From a virus (Duplodnaviria; Caudoviricetes), in the IMG/VR virus record IMGVR_UViG_3300025653_000030, positions 10,500 to 74,499 of that record: 64,000 nucleotides of DNA; one strand, written 5' to 3'. This document shows positions 9,246 through 18,063 of the stretch, one piece after another. Numbering within the stretch: position 1 is the stretch's first letter; each line of letters starts with the position of its first letter. A program made the position numbers and the translations under genes. Below the pieces are notes generated by a model, which had not been told where the DNA came from, did not search any database, and worked only from the letters and a program-made list of their open reading frames with translations.

Positions 9246-9854
9246 ATGAATACACAAAGATTTTACCCTCCATCAGAGTGGAAGAGAACAAAACATAATG
9301 CAAATTTTATTGGGCTAATTCGTTTAATAAACGAGTTAAGTATATTTGTAGACGGTGGAAATATTGAAGTTAACTTTTCTGAAGAACCAACCATGATTGA
9401 GATTGGTAGTTATATGGGAGAATCAACTATGATGTTTGCATCTTCTGGTATATTTAAAAAAATATATACAATAGACCCACATGAAGGTGATGAGAACTTT
9501 AATAAGAAATATAATATTACATGGGATTGGGTGAAGACTCAATATCAAATAAACACTCGGCATTTTAAAAACATATCTTTAATATCAGATTATAGTTACA
9601 ATGTAGATTATTTATTTAATGATAATAGTATTGATTTTATTTATATTGATGGGAATCACTCATATGAATCTGTTAAAAAAGATTTAAAATTATATCTACC
9701 AAAGATAAAAAACAATGGAGTTATAGCAGGACATGATTATTCAACAGAATATAGTGGAGTCATGGATGCTGTAGATGAAATACTTGGAGAACCTAACCTA
9801 ACCTTTCTTGATTCAAGTTGGATTTACATTAAAAAAAATAAAAGTTTATTGTAA
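9246..9854 (+). CDS. class I SAM-dependent methyltransferase (Methyltransf_24-like)
   Basis: IEIGSYMGES; IDFIYIDGNHSYE…GVIAGHDY. Confidence 0.88.
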   Translation: MNTQRFYPPSEWKRTKHNANFIGLIRLINELSIFVDGGNIEVNFSEEPTMIEIGSYMGESTMMFASSGIFKKIYTIDPHEGDENFNKKYNITWDWVKTQYQINTRHFKNISLISDYSYNVDYLFNDNSIDFIYIDGNHSYESVKKDLKLYLPKIKNNGVIAGHDYSTEYSGVMDAVDEILGEPNLTFLDSSWIYIKKNKSLL

Positions 9855-9871
9855 AATAATCCACTTTCTGC

Positions 9872-9901
9872 TTGGATTTCTCATTTATTTTTCGTATATT
9901 T
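9872..9901 (+). promoter_or_regulatory. early/host-sigma promoter TTGG-N17-CGTATATTT
   Basis: One of 8 copies with identical spacing; resembles the Bacteroidota -33 TTTG / -7 TAnnTTTG consensus. Confidence 0.8.
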
Positions 9902-9938
9902 ACTATGTAAATAATTAATAACACTTAAAACTTAAATT

Positions 9939-10094
9939 ATGTATTCATTAGATTGTTCCTTTTTTACTGAAACCTTTAACACGATTGATGAGTTAATCAA
10001 CCATGTTATGATAAGTGGTTCAGACCCTAATTATGAAATCACCAAAAATGGTAACCCTACTGGTGAAATGGCAATTGATTTAATACAATTTTAA
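9939..10094 (+). CDS. small hypothetical protein (MYSLDCSFFTETFNTIDEL…)
   Basis: 51-aa ORF directly downstream of the promoter, A-rich leader. Confidence 0.65.
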   Translation: MYSLDCSFFTETFNTIDELINHVMISGSDPNYEITKNGNPTGEMAIDLIQF

Positions 10095-10104
10095 TAAACT
10101 TACT

Positions 10105-10413
10105 ATGACACAATTTGAAATTTGGTTAGATAAAGTAAACGAAAAACGAAAAACTTATTGGAACGATAATTACAATCACAAAGAATATGAACCATTAACA
10201 ATATCTAAAGGTAATAAATACATGAAGATTATTGATGGTGGTTCTGTTTGGGGATTCGTTTCAATGTTCGAAGGAGTTAATAAAGGTTCTCTTGTATGTA
10301 AGGGAGATTTATTGAAACCCGCTTCTTGGAATTCACCAGCCAAACACTCAAGAGGAAACATCTTTGATGGTTCTGATAAATGGAGTTATTACGGCCCAAC
10401 CTATCTTATATAA
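10105..10413 (+). CDS. conserved phage hypothetical protein
   Basis: GSVWGFV…GDLLKPASWNSPAK..RGNIF pattern recalled from other large phages. Confidence 0.7.
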   Translation: MTQFEIWLDKVNEKRKTYWNDNYNHKEYEPLTISKGNKYMKIIDGGSVWGFVSMFEGVNKGSLVCKGDLLKPASWNSPAKHSRGNIFDGSDKWSYYGPTYLI

Positions 10414-10430
10414 AAAAACTAATCTATTAT

Positions 10431-10460
10431 TTGGAAATTTAAATATTTCACCGTATCTTT
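10431..10460 (+). promoter_or_regulatory. early-type promoter variant TTGG-N17-CGTATCTTT driving the tRNA trio
   Basis: Same 21-nt TTGG-to-CGTA offset; lies 15 nt upstream of tRNA-Leu. Confidence 0.7.
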
Positions 10461-10474
10461 AAAAAGTTAAAGAA

Positions 10475-10560
10475 GCCAAAGTGGTGGAACTGGTAGACAC
10501 GAGGGACTTAAAATCCCTTGAACAGTAATGTTCGTGTGGGTTCGATTCCCACCTTTGGTA
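10475..10560 (+). tRNA. tRNA-Leu (anticodon TAA)
   Basis: Acceptor GCCAAAG/CTTTGGT, arm AGGGA-CTTAAAA-TCCCT, long variable arm. Confidence 0.95.
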
Positions 10561-10568
10561 CAAGATAT

Positions 10569-10642
10569 GGCTCCGTAGCTCAGTTGGATAGAGCATCTGC
10601 CTTCTAAGCAGACGGTCAAAGGTTCGAATCCTTTCGGAGTCA
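10569..10642 (+). tRNA. tRNA-Arg (anticodon TCT)
   Basis: Acceptor GGCTCCG/CGGAGTC, arm TCTGC-CTTCTAA-GCAGA. Confidence 0.95.
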
Positions 10643-10646
10643 CTAA

Positions 10647-10720
10647 GCTCTCATAGCTCAGTTGGTTAGAGCACTTCACTCATAATGAATAGGTCATAGG
10701 TTCGAGTCCTATTGGGAGCA
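10647..10720 (+). tRNA. tRNA with CAT anticodon (elongator Met, or Ile2 if lysidine-modified)
   Basis: Acceptor GCTCTCA/TGGGAGC, loop CTCATAA; no initiator GGG/CCC anticodon stem. Confidence 0.9.
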
Positions 10721-10752
10721 CCTAAAAAACTCAAAAATAATTCACTTTTTGC

Positions 10753-10782
10753 TTGGCAGTCTCGGCTTTTTTTCGTATATTT
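10753..10782 (+). promoter_or_regulatory. early-type promoter TTGG-N17-CGTATATTT
   Basis: Consensus copy; 10769-10799 is identical over 31 nt to 9888-9918. Confidence 0.8.
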
Positions 10783-10802
10783 ACTATGTAAATAATTAAG
10801 AT

Positions 10803-11192
10803 ATGAAGTTAAAAAAAGAAGATATTATAAAACTTAAAAACTATAAACACTACGAGAAGTTAGTAAAGAAATCAGAAGGTAAAGGTAAGATGCCACAACT
10901 AAGATGGGTTTCCGATTTACTTACTGAAATAAACATCGACCACAATTACTCTGATTGGAGTGAAACTAAGTGGAGACCAAATGGATTAAGATATCACACA
11001 AGTGGTGGTTCGAGAGAATATACTGGTGGTAGATTGAGAATCTCTGAGATTAACTTTGATGCTACTTCTACCGATACTTACTACTCTTGGAACACTTGGA
11101 GTTATGTTAGAGATATTCTAAACCTTATAAACGATAAGTTAAGTATCGAACATTTCTACTCTCAAGGAAAAGTATATATAAAAGAAAAATAA
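10803..11192 (+). CDS. hypothetical protein
   Basis: ORF immediately after the promoter. Confidence 0.75.
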   Translation: MKLKKEDIIKLKNYKHYEKLVKKSEGKGKMPQLRWVSDLLTEINIDHNYSDWSETKWRPNGLRYHTSGGSREYTGGRLRISEINFDATSTDTYYSWNTWSYVRDILNLINDKLSIEHFYSQGKVYIKEK

Positions 11193-11447
11193 AACCTTAA
11201 AATATGATAAAATATAAAAATTACAGTAATATAAACCAATCAAACTATATGGAGTTGGATTCCAAATTTTTAACTCTACTAAAGTTAGTAAAACAATGTC
11301 ATAAATCCGCTTCTTGGGGTGATGATGTATTTGTTGAAAAACTAATTTCTTCAGTTGTTGATTTAGATTCAATACCTGATTGGTTAGAGATTGATGAAGA
11401 TTATTTAAAAAAAGTTGCTAATAGTTAAAACCTTAAAATATGATAAA
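11190..11447 (+). repeat. 22-nt direct repeat TAAAACCTTAAAATATGATAAA (11190-11211, 11426-11447)
   Basis: Each copy contains the upstream TAA and the downstream ATG, flanking ORF 11204-11428. Confidence 0.85.
11204..11428 (+). CDS. small hypothetical protein
   Basis: 74-aa ORF between the direct repeats. Confidence 0.7.
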   Translation: MIKYKNYSNINQSNYMELDSKFLTLLKLVKQCHKSASWGDDVFVEKLISSVVDLDSIPDWLEIDEDYLKKVANS

Positions 11448-11628
11448 TAAAATAAAATCCAAAATGTTAACCTACCTATTTAAAGATTGGGTAGCCAATG
11501 AATATGATTTAGAAACCTTAGAGCTTACTAAGGGGATGATTCATAATAGAGAAGTTATGTTAAAAACCATAATTGATAAAGTACAACATAAACCAATCTT
11601 AGGATTCAGGCAACATACTAAAATATAA
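11440..11628 (+). CDS. small hypothetical protein
   Basis: 62-aa ORF, coupled to the next gene. Confidence 0.7.
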   Translation: MINKIKSKMLTYLFKDWVANEYDLETLELTKGMIHNREVMLKTIIDKVQHKPILGFRQHTKI

Positions 11629-12875
11629 TGAAAAAACTTATTGGACTATTATGCATTCTATTATTAATAGGATGTGAGAAGGAAGAACTGGTATCAATCG
11701 ATATTGATGATATCATTGTAGATGATAACACTACAAACCCCATAACACAAACAATTTATAAAGAATCTTATTTAAACCAAAAAAGTGGTATTGTATTTTT
11801 ATGGGGAGGCCCTGCTGGTGGTGGTGGAGTTCCTACCTATATTACAAATATGGGAATTAATACTCAAGGCCCACAAGGATTTAATCAAGGAGCGGCATAC
11901 CACGATGTAAATGGTGATGGGTATATTGATATACTTGCATCAAGAACATGGGATGATAATAATCAAGAAATACCATCTATCGATTGGTATATAAACCAAG
12001 GTGATAACAAAAATTTTAGGATAGATACTTCATACATAACACAGAGTACATCTGATATGAGAGCACATAAAATACTCAAAACAGATGTTAACAACGATGG
12101 TTTGGCTGATTTTATAATACTTGGTGTAGATGAAAGAGTTCAAGGAAACTATGGTGGTAATTTTACTGTATTGATTAGAAACTCTACATTTCCAATGTAT
12201 ATGGTAAAAGAAATTGATAATGGTACTGGTCTTTGGTATCACAATGGAGCTGCTGGAGATATAAATGGAGATGGTAATGTAGATGTAGTTGCGGCACAAT
12301 ACATATGGTATGGAGATGGTTCGGGTAACTTTACAAACACATATATTGATTTACATCAATGGACTAGTCCAATACTAAGTTATGAAATATTAGATTTTAA
12401 TTCAGATGGTTATAACGATATAATTGTTGGTACTCATAGTTCAAACCAAATGACCTCAACAATAATATGGGGAGATAGTAATGGATTTGATGTACAAAAC
12501 AAAACATCTCTACCAGAAACAAATTCAGATGGAACATTTGATATCGAGTTTTTAGATGTAGATAGAGATGGTGATTTAGATATTGTTGAAGGTAGATATT
12601 ACGCACCTAATACAGGATATGATTCTCAATTAGTAACATATTTAAATAATGATGGTATATTCACACTCGATACTACAATACTTGAACAATCAAAAGATGG
12701 CCAAGGATTAAACTCAGAACAATGGAACTCAGATAACTTTGGTTGGACACAATTCAAAGTAGATGATATTGATAACGATGGAATAGATGATATTATTGCT
12801 GAAAACTTTCACGATGGTAAATACAATGGTTTAAAACTTATAAATGGAACTTGGACAAAATACAGATTTAATTAA
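11628..12875 (+). CDS. lipoprotein with FG-GAP/VCBS-like beta-propeller repeats
   Basis: Lipobox LLIG-C; repeats DVNGDGYID, DVNNDGLAD, DINGDGNVD, DFNSDGYND, DVDRDGDLD, DIDNDGIDD. Confidence 0.85.
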   Translation: MKKLIGLLCILLLIGCEKEELVSIDIDDIIVDDNTTNPITQTIYKESYLNQKSGIVFLWGGPAGGGGVPTYITNMGINTQGPQGFNQGAAYHDVNGDGYIDILASRTWDDNNQEIPSIDWYINQGDNKNFRIDTSYITQSTSDMRAHKILKTDVNNDGLADFIILGVDERVQGNYGGNFTVLIRNSTFPMYMVKEIDNGTGLWYHNGAAGDINGDGNVDVVAAQYIWYGDGSGNFTNTYIDLHQWTSPILSYEILDFNSDGYNDIIVGTHSSNQMTSTIIWGDSNGFDVQNKTSLPETNSDGTFDIEFLDVDRDGDLDIVEGRYYAPNTGYDSQLVTYLNNDGIFTLDTTILEQSKDGQGLNSEQWNSDNFGWTQFKVDDIDNDGIDDIIAENFHDGKYNGLKLINGTWTKYRFN

Positions 12876-13758
12876 CCAACATAGATTATATCTTAATGAT
12901 AAAGTTTTAAGAATATATACGAACAATTCTTCTATTGATGATATTTTAATATCAATATTAGAATATTCTAAATCAAACCATTCTTTCATAATATTAAATG
13001 AAGAAGAAACTATAAATCAAAGTGAATACTTTGAGGCAATATGTAATTTAATTAAATCATTACCCAATGAGATTTATATAATGCAGAGTTCTTTAACAAA
13101 ACATCTGTATTCAGTTGAACCTCTTTTAAATCTTATTCAATGGAAGTATGGATATATCAGAAACAAACCAAGTGATACTAAAGATACACTCAAAATATTT
13201 CCAAACAACTTATTTGATAAATCATATAAAACAAACAAATCAAATAAACTAATATTATCAATTCGTTCAGATAATGACCAGAGAGATTATTTAAAAAGTA
13301 GATTAAAAAATAACTATGATGGGATAGTTAGATTAAATACAGATTCCAATATTGGTTGGCCAGAGTTACTTAAAGAATATGGTAAATCACTATTCTCTTT
13401 TGTAGTTGAAACAAACTATCCAACCACAACAAATCTATCAAGTGTAACTGAAAAGAGTGTTATACCTTTTATAACTAACTCTATTCCAATTGTTCTTGGT
13501 AAACAAAACATTGTAAAAGATTTAGAAGATTGTGGATTTTGGATTGCAAATAAAGATTTTGGTTTTGATATTGAAGATACATATGTTGATTACTCTAAAT
13601 CTAAAGTAAATGCATATGTGAGATGTTTAGAAATAATTAATAAGTTAAGTTATAAGAAATGTTTAGAATATTATAATCAAAACATAGATAGAATAAAAAC
13701 AAACAGAAAAATAATAGTTGATTTGTACCAAGAAAAATACTTAAAAAAGCTTGTGTAA
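12844..13758 (+). CDS. glycosyltransferase-like protein (GT10/fucosyltransferase-like C-terminus)
   Basis: FVVETNY…VTEKSVIPF…IPIVLG…GFW; paralogous to 55257; start uncertain. Confidence 0.5.
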   Translation: MELGQNTDLINQHRLYLNDKVLRIYTNNSSIDDILISILEYSKSNHSFIILNEEETINQSEYFEAICNLIKSLPNEIYIMQSSLTKHLYSVEPLLNLIQWKYGYIRNKPSDTKDTLKIFPNNLFDKSYKTNKSNKLILSIRSDNDQRDYLKSRLKNNYDGIVRLNTDSNIGWPELLKEYGKSLFSFVVETNYPTTTNLSSVTEKSVIPFITNSIPIVLGKQNIVKDLEDCGFWIANKDFGFDIEDTYVDYSKSKVNAYVRCLEIINKLSYKKCLEYYNQNIDRIKTNRKIIVDLYQEKYLKKLV

Positions 13759-13780
13759 TTCAAAAATTTTTCGTATATTT
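13751..13780 (+). promoter_or_regulatory. early-type promoter TTGT-N17-CGTATATTT
   Basis: Same spacing as the other copies. Confidence 0.75.
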
Positions 13781-13789
13781 ACATAGTAA

Positions 13790-14284
13790 ATGAGAGATAT
13801 GATAAAAAAGAAAATAGTTTATATTGATATGGATGGGGTCTTAGTTGACTTCGGTAAAGCAATTGATGATTGGTTTAAACAACATCCACATTTAGAAGAT
13901 AGATACAAAACCTTTCCTGACCACATACAAGGTTTATTCAGAATTGCTCCACCTATCAAGGGTGCTATCGAGGCAGTTAAGAAACTACATGAAAGTGGTA
14001 AGTATGAATTATTCATAGCTACTTCAGCTCCTTGGGGTAACCCACAATCAAATACTGATAAAAGATTTTGGATAGAAGATTACTTCGGTGATATCTTCCA
14101 CAAAAGAATGTTTATTACTCACAGAAAAGATTTACTGATGGGTGATTACCTAATCGATGATAGATTAAAGAATGGTGCCGGTGATTTTAAAGGTAAACTT
14201 TTGAGATTCGGTTTCGATTGGGAAAACGATAACAAACCAAATGAGTTTCCAACATGGAAAAGTATATTAGATTATTTATTATAG
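13790..14284 (+). CDS. 5'(3')-deoxyribonucleotidase (NT5C, HAD family)
   Basis: YIDMDGVLVDF, TSAPW, K..W, GDYLIDD. Confidence 0.9.
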   Translation: MRDMIKKKIVYIDMDGVLVDFGKAIDDWFKQHPHLEDRYKTFPDHIQGLFRIAPPIKGAIEAVKKLHESGKYELFIATSAPWGNPQSNTDKRFWIEDYFGDIFHKRMFITHRKDLLMGDYLIDDRLKNGAGDFKGKLLRFGFDWENDNKPNEFPTWKSILDYLL

Positions 14285-14673
14285 GAATACTATTATCATC
14301 TTGTTCAATAGCAGATGATGTGTTAGTATTAGATGAACCAACCTTAGAAATAGATGGTAGGTTACCAATGGATGATAATGGATATTATCACTTAGAATTA
14401 AATCAAGATACAAATCAAACCATCCATACGATTGGTGGTACAATTGATAATCATGAATTATATAATCCACTAAAAGTAGAGTGGAGTAGTAACTTAGATT
14501 GGGTATATCAAGATATGTTAGTTGATGTTACTAACCATTCTTCTTATTCTATAAATGGTGAAGTTAATAATGTAATTGCACCTGTTAGAACAATGGTTGG
14601 GGATACACTTATATTAACAGGCGTAATTAGAGAACACTTAACTTCTGATACAATAAAAATAGTTTTAGATTAA
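14254..14673 (+). CDS. putative lipoprotein
   Basis: Signal MEKYIRLFIIGILLSS-C, beta-rich (Ig-like) body. Confidence 0.7.
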   Translation: MEKYIRLFIIGILLSSCSIADDVLVLDEPTLEIDGRLPMDDNGYYHLELNQDTNQTIHTIGGTIDNHELYNPLKVEWSSNLDWVYQDMLVDVTNHSSYSINGEVNNVIAPVRTMVGDTLILTGVIREHLTSDTIKIVLD

Positions 14674-15005
14674 TGGTAAATACAATAGAGTTTCCAATGA
14701 CTCCTATAACCGAAGAAACATTTGAAAGACAGGGTTGGGAAAAACATATAGATTCAGATGGAGGAGCGAGCGAAGATGAACCATCTGAGTATTACTATTA
14801 TATGTTACCATTACCTAAAGATAATCCTGATGAACGAGCACCAGCTTTAGTTTCTTCAACGAATGATGAATATAAAGATATTGAAGAAATGAAAAAGGGA
14901 GAATATTATATTGAAATCGATGGATTGTTCGGCCTTGGGTTTTGTAGATACGAAGAAGAACTTGAATCGTTATATCAGAATTTGACAAAATTACCATTAG
15001 AATGA
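14673..15005 (+). CDS. acidic hypothetical protein
   Basis: ORF coupled to the previous gene. Confidence 0.7.
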   Translation: MVNTIEFPMTPITEETFERQGWEKHIDSDGGASEDEPSEYYYYMLPLPKDNPDERAPALVSSTNDEYKDIEEMKKGEYYIEIDGLFGLGFCRYEEELESLYQNLTKLPLE

Positions 15006-15065
15006 CATTTTGTCATACTATAACCTTACAAAACTGACAAATTGTCATACTATAACCTTACAAAA
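15002..15065. repeat. two 32-nt tandem repeats, each containing palindrome TGACA-N3-TGTCA (putative operator)
   Basis: ATGACATTTTGTCATACTATAACCTTACAAAA / CTGACAAATTGTCATACTATAACCTTACAAAA, 29/32 identical, upstream of Hsp20. Confidence 0.85.
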
Positions 15066-15129
15066 TGAATTGGTATGAATTTGGTACAATTAATAGTAAA
15101 ATATGTTTAATTAAAATAAAAGGAATATT

Positions 15130-15501
15130 ATGTTTTACACAATTAATGAAAACTTCGTAGATAATTTTTTTAGAGATATCTACACAACAAAAACAACAAA
15201 CAGATTAAATTCATCATTTGAAGCAGAAACTTTAGAAGATGGTAAACAAAAAGTTACAGTTAACACTATTGGACATAATCCAAAGGATATTACAGTAGAT
15301 GTTACTGAAGAGGAAATTACAATCAAATCTAAAAAAGGAGAAGATACTTCTTCATTTGTAAGAGATATTGATTTAACATTGACAGTTGGTACTGATTATG
15401 ATGGTACAAAAACAACTGCAAAATTTGATAATGGGTTACTCACTCTCCTCATTGATAAGAAGATTAATAAGAAGGCTAAAACCTTAAAAATCTCTTATTA
15501 A
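15130..15501 (+). CDS. small heat-shock protein (Hsp20/alpha-crystallin)
   Basis: G..PKDITVDV…ITIK…AKFDNGLLTL. Confidence 0.88.
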   Translation: MFYTINENFVDNFFRDIYTTKTTNRLNSSFEAETLEDGKQKVTVNTIGHNPKDITVDVTEEEITIKSKKGEDTSSFVRDIDLTLTVGTDYDGTKTTAKFDNGLLTLLIDKKINKKAKTLKISY

Positions 15502-15520
15502 TACTCATATCATTACTTAG

Positions 15521-15548
15521 AAAAGGGGGATGGAAATCCCCTTTTTTT
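15521..15548 (+). terminator. intrinsic terminator
   Basis: AAAAGGGGGA-TGGAAA-TCCCC followed by a T run, after Hsp20. Confidence 0.8.
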
Positions 15549-15556
15549 ATATTCTA

Positions 15557-15565
15557 ATATTTATA
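15557..15565 (+). promoter_or_regulatory. late-type promoter motif ATATTTATA
   Basis: Exact copy right after the terminator, upstream of 15590. Confidence 0.6.
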
Positions 15566-15589
15566 ATAGTACAACAAAATATATCATAT

Positions 15590-15769
15590 ATGAAAGATAT
15601 TTATATACCAAAGGTTTCGAACATTATAGATTCTTGTATAAACAAGAACAAAGTTGTAAAGGAAATGGTTACAGGAGAAAGACCTGCCGATTCTAAAACA
15701 GCAAGTACCTATTTACAAGAAATAGAAAAGGCTCTTGAAGAAATCAAAGAGTTTATTGAAAGAGGATAA
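15590..15769 (+). CDS. small hypothetical protein
   Basis: Start moved to ATG 15590, downstream of the terminator and motif. Confidence 0.65.
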   Translation: MKDIYIPKVSNIIDSCINKNKVVKEMVTGERPADSKTASTYLQEIEKALEEIKEFIERG

Positions 15770-15774
15770 TATAA

Positions 15775-17049
15775 ATGAAATTCAGAACATTACTATTGGG
15801 GTTATCCGCCCTATTTGTGGCATTTAACGCGGCTTTCTTTTCAGTTAGTGGTTTATCTAAACTATTCGCTGGTGCTTCACTATCAGTAATGTTAATGGCA
15901 AGTTCATTAGAATTAGCAAAACTTATTACGGCTGGTTATCTTTACAACTATTGGGAAAAGATAAACAAAGTATTTAGATGGTACTTGGTAACAGGTGTTG
16001 TTATACTTGTATTAATTACTTCACTTGGTATCTATGGATTCCTTACATCTGCATTTCAAGACACCTTTAATCAATTCTCAGTAAATGAAAAAGAAAAAAC
16101 ATTCCTACAACAAAAAGAAAAGTTCTACTCGGATGATGTTGCAAGATATGATGAAGAGCTTGAAAGAATATCTAATAATATTAGTACTCTTTCCAATGCT
16201 AAATCACAATCAATCCAAGTACGGGACACATCGGTTGTGGGGGGTGTTAGAACCACGATATCCACGGCTGAGTTACGCTTGGCACAAAGTAGAATCAATG
16301 TGGAAGAAGAAAATCGTAAAGGTGTTCAAGCGAAAAGAGAAGTAGCCGCTGATTCATTACAATCTATTCAGTTAAAGATTTTAGATTTAGATACAAACTT
16401 AGAAGGTGCATCTGAATTAGGACCACTACAATATCTAAGTGGATTAACTGGATATGGAATGGATAGAATCATCAACTGGTTAATCTTAATCATTATCTTT
16501 GTGTTCGACCCTCTTGCAGTTGCACTTGTAGTTGCATTTAACAATGCTTTAAAAGTTGATAAAGGAGTTGTTGATAAACAGAAAGTAATTCGTAAGAGAG
16601 AGTTATATGATGAAGTACCTGAAGAAGAGGTAATGGATGAATTAGATAATGATGAAGATGAAGAAGAAATTGTTGAAGAAGAGGAAGAACTTACAGAACT
16701 ACAAAAAACATTGTTAATGGATGTAGAAGATGAGGAAGAAGTTCTACCAGATGAAGCAAGAGGATTTGCTCCACCAATAGAACAAGATTTTGATAAAGAA
16801 GATTTAAATAAAGATGGTGAAGTAACCGAAGAAGAAAGAAGAAAGTTCTATGAACAAGGTGGATGGTCAAATTCTTATAATGGAAAAGATTACTGGCAAC
16901 ATCCTTGGTTTGATTGGAAAAAAACTGAAAGATGGATTAATAATAGACAAGCCGTAAACTTCTGGCTTAACCATCGAGGTGGTACAATTAGAACATTGGA
17001 TAACTTGAAAGATAATTATCCTGATGATTTCACAAAAAAAACTTACTAA
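15775..17049 (+). CDS. multi-pass membrane protein with coiled coil, acidic tract and EF-hand-like motif
   Basis: Three N-terminal TM helices, coiled coil, a fourth TM, Glu/Asp tract, DLNKDGEVTEEE. Confidence 0.8.
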   Translation: MKFRTLLLGLSALFVAFNAAFFSVSGLSKLFAGASLSVMLMASSLELAKLITAGYLYNYWEKINKVFRWYLVTGVVILVLITSLGIYGFLTSAFQDTFNQFSVNEKEKTFLQQKEKFYSDDVARYDEELERISNNISTLSNAKSQSIQVRDTSVVGGVRTTISTAELRLAQSRINVEEENRKGVQAKREVAADSLQSIQLKILDLDTNLEGASELGPLQYLSGLTGYGMDRIINWLILIIIFVFDPLAVALVVAFNNALKVDKGVVDKQKVIRKRELYDEVPEEEVMDELDNDEDEEEIVEEEEELTELQKTLLMDVEDEEEVLPDEARGFAPPIEQDFDKEDLNKDGEVTEEERRKFYEQGGWSNSYNGKDYWQHPWFDWKKTERWINNRQAVNFWLNHRGGTIRTLDNLKDNYPDDFTKKTY

Positions 17050-17054
17050 AATAT

Positions 17055-17084
17055 TTGGATAATTCGATTTTTTTTCGTATATTT
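17055..17084 (+). promoter_or_regulatory. early-type promoter TTGG-N17-CGTATATTT
   Basis: Consensus copy upstream of the UV endonuclease. Confidence 0.8.
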
Positions 17085-17115
17085 ACATTAGTAAATAAAC
17101 TATAAAAGAATAAAT

Positions 17116-18063
17116 ATGAATTTAGGATACGCTTGTATTAACATGACTTTGGGTAAACAAAAACCAAAAGTAACTACTAATCGTTCAATGATTAAGAGAA
17201 CCTTCTTAGAGAAGGGTTTAGAGTATGCTGGTGAATTATCTCTTCAAAACGCTAGAGATTTATTCACTATCTTAGAATGGAACAATCAGAACAACATCAA
17301 ATGTTTTAGATTATCTTCTGATATATTTCCATGGGCTTCAGAGTATGGTATTGAAAACTCACCATACTACAAACGAATTGAAACAGTACTTCAGGCGTGT
17401 GGGCATTATGCAACCACCAATGGTATTCGTATTACCTCGCATCCTGGTCCATTCAATGTACTTGTATCTCCAAGAGAAAATGTTGTAGAGAATACAATTA
17501 CTGATTTAGAATTACATGGTAAAGTATTTGATATGTTGGGATTATCTCGTACACCATATAACAAACTAAACATTCATTGTAATGGTGTGTATGGTGATAA
17601 ACAGTCTGCGATGGATAGGTTCTGTAAGAACTTCGAAAGGTTATCAGAATCAGTAAAATCCCGTCTAACGGTAGAAAACGATGATAAGGGTACAATGTAC
17701 TCAGTAAAAGATTTGATGTACATACACGAAAGAATTGGTATTCCTATTGTATTCGATTATCATCACCACAAATTCAACACAGGTGGTTTAACTGAACAAG
17801 AGGCACTTGAATTGGCAATCTCTACATGGCCAAAAGGTATCAAACCAATTGTTCATTATTCAGAATCAAAAGCATTACACGAAGGTAATGAAAAACTAAA
17901 ACCACAAGCTCACTCTGATTACATCAATGATTTACCTGATTTATATGGTAACGATGTAGATGTGATGGTTGAGGCTAAGGCAAAAGAATTATCTATACTA
18001 CCATTTATTAATTCTAATAAGTGTGAGTATAGTGGATTATTAAGTACATCAAGTTATGAATAA
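17116..18063 (+). CDS. uvsE: UV DNA damage endonuclease (UvsE/UVDE family)
   Basis: LGYAC, FRLSSDIFP, HPGPFNVL, LTVENDD, FDYHHH, HYSES, PQAHSD, MVEAKAKE. Confidence 0.93.
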   Translation: MNLGYACINMTLGKQKPKVTTNRSMIKRTFLEKGLEYAGELSLQNARDLFTILEWNNQNNIKCFRLSSDIFPWASEYGIENSPYYKRIETVLQACGHYATTNGIRITSHPGPFNVLVSPRENVVENTITDLELHGKVFDMLGLSRTPYNKLNIHCNGVYGDKQSAMDRFCKNFERLSESVKSRLTVENDDKGTMYSVKDLMYIHERIGIPIVFDYHHHKFNTGGLTEQEALELAISTWPKGIKPIVHYSESKALHEGNEKLKPQAHSDYINDLPDLYGNDVDVMVEAKAKELSILPFINSNKCEYSGLLSTSSYE

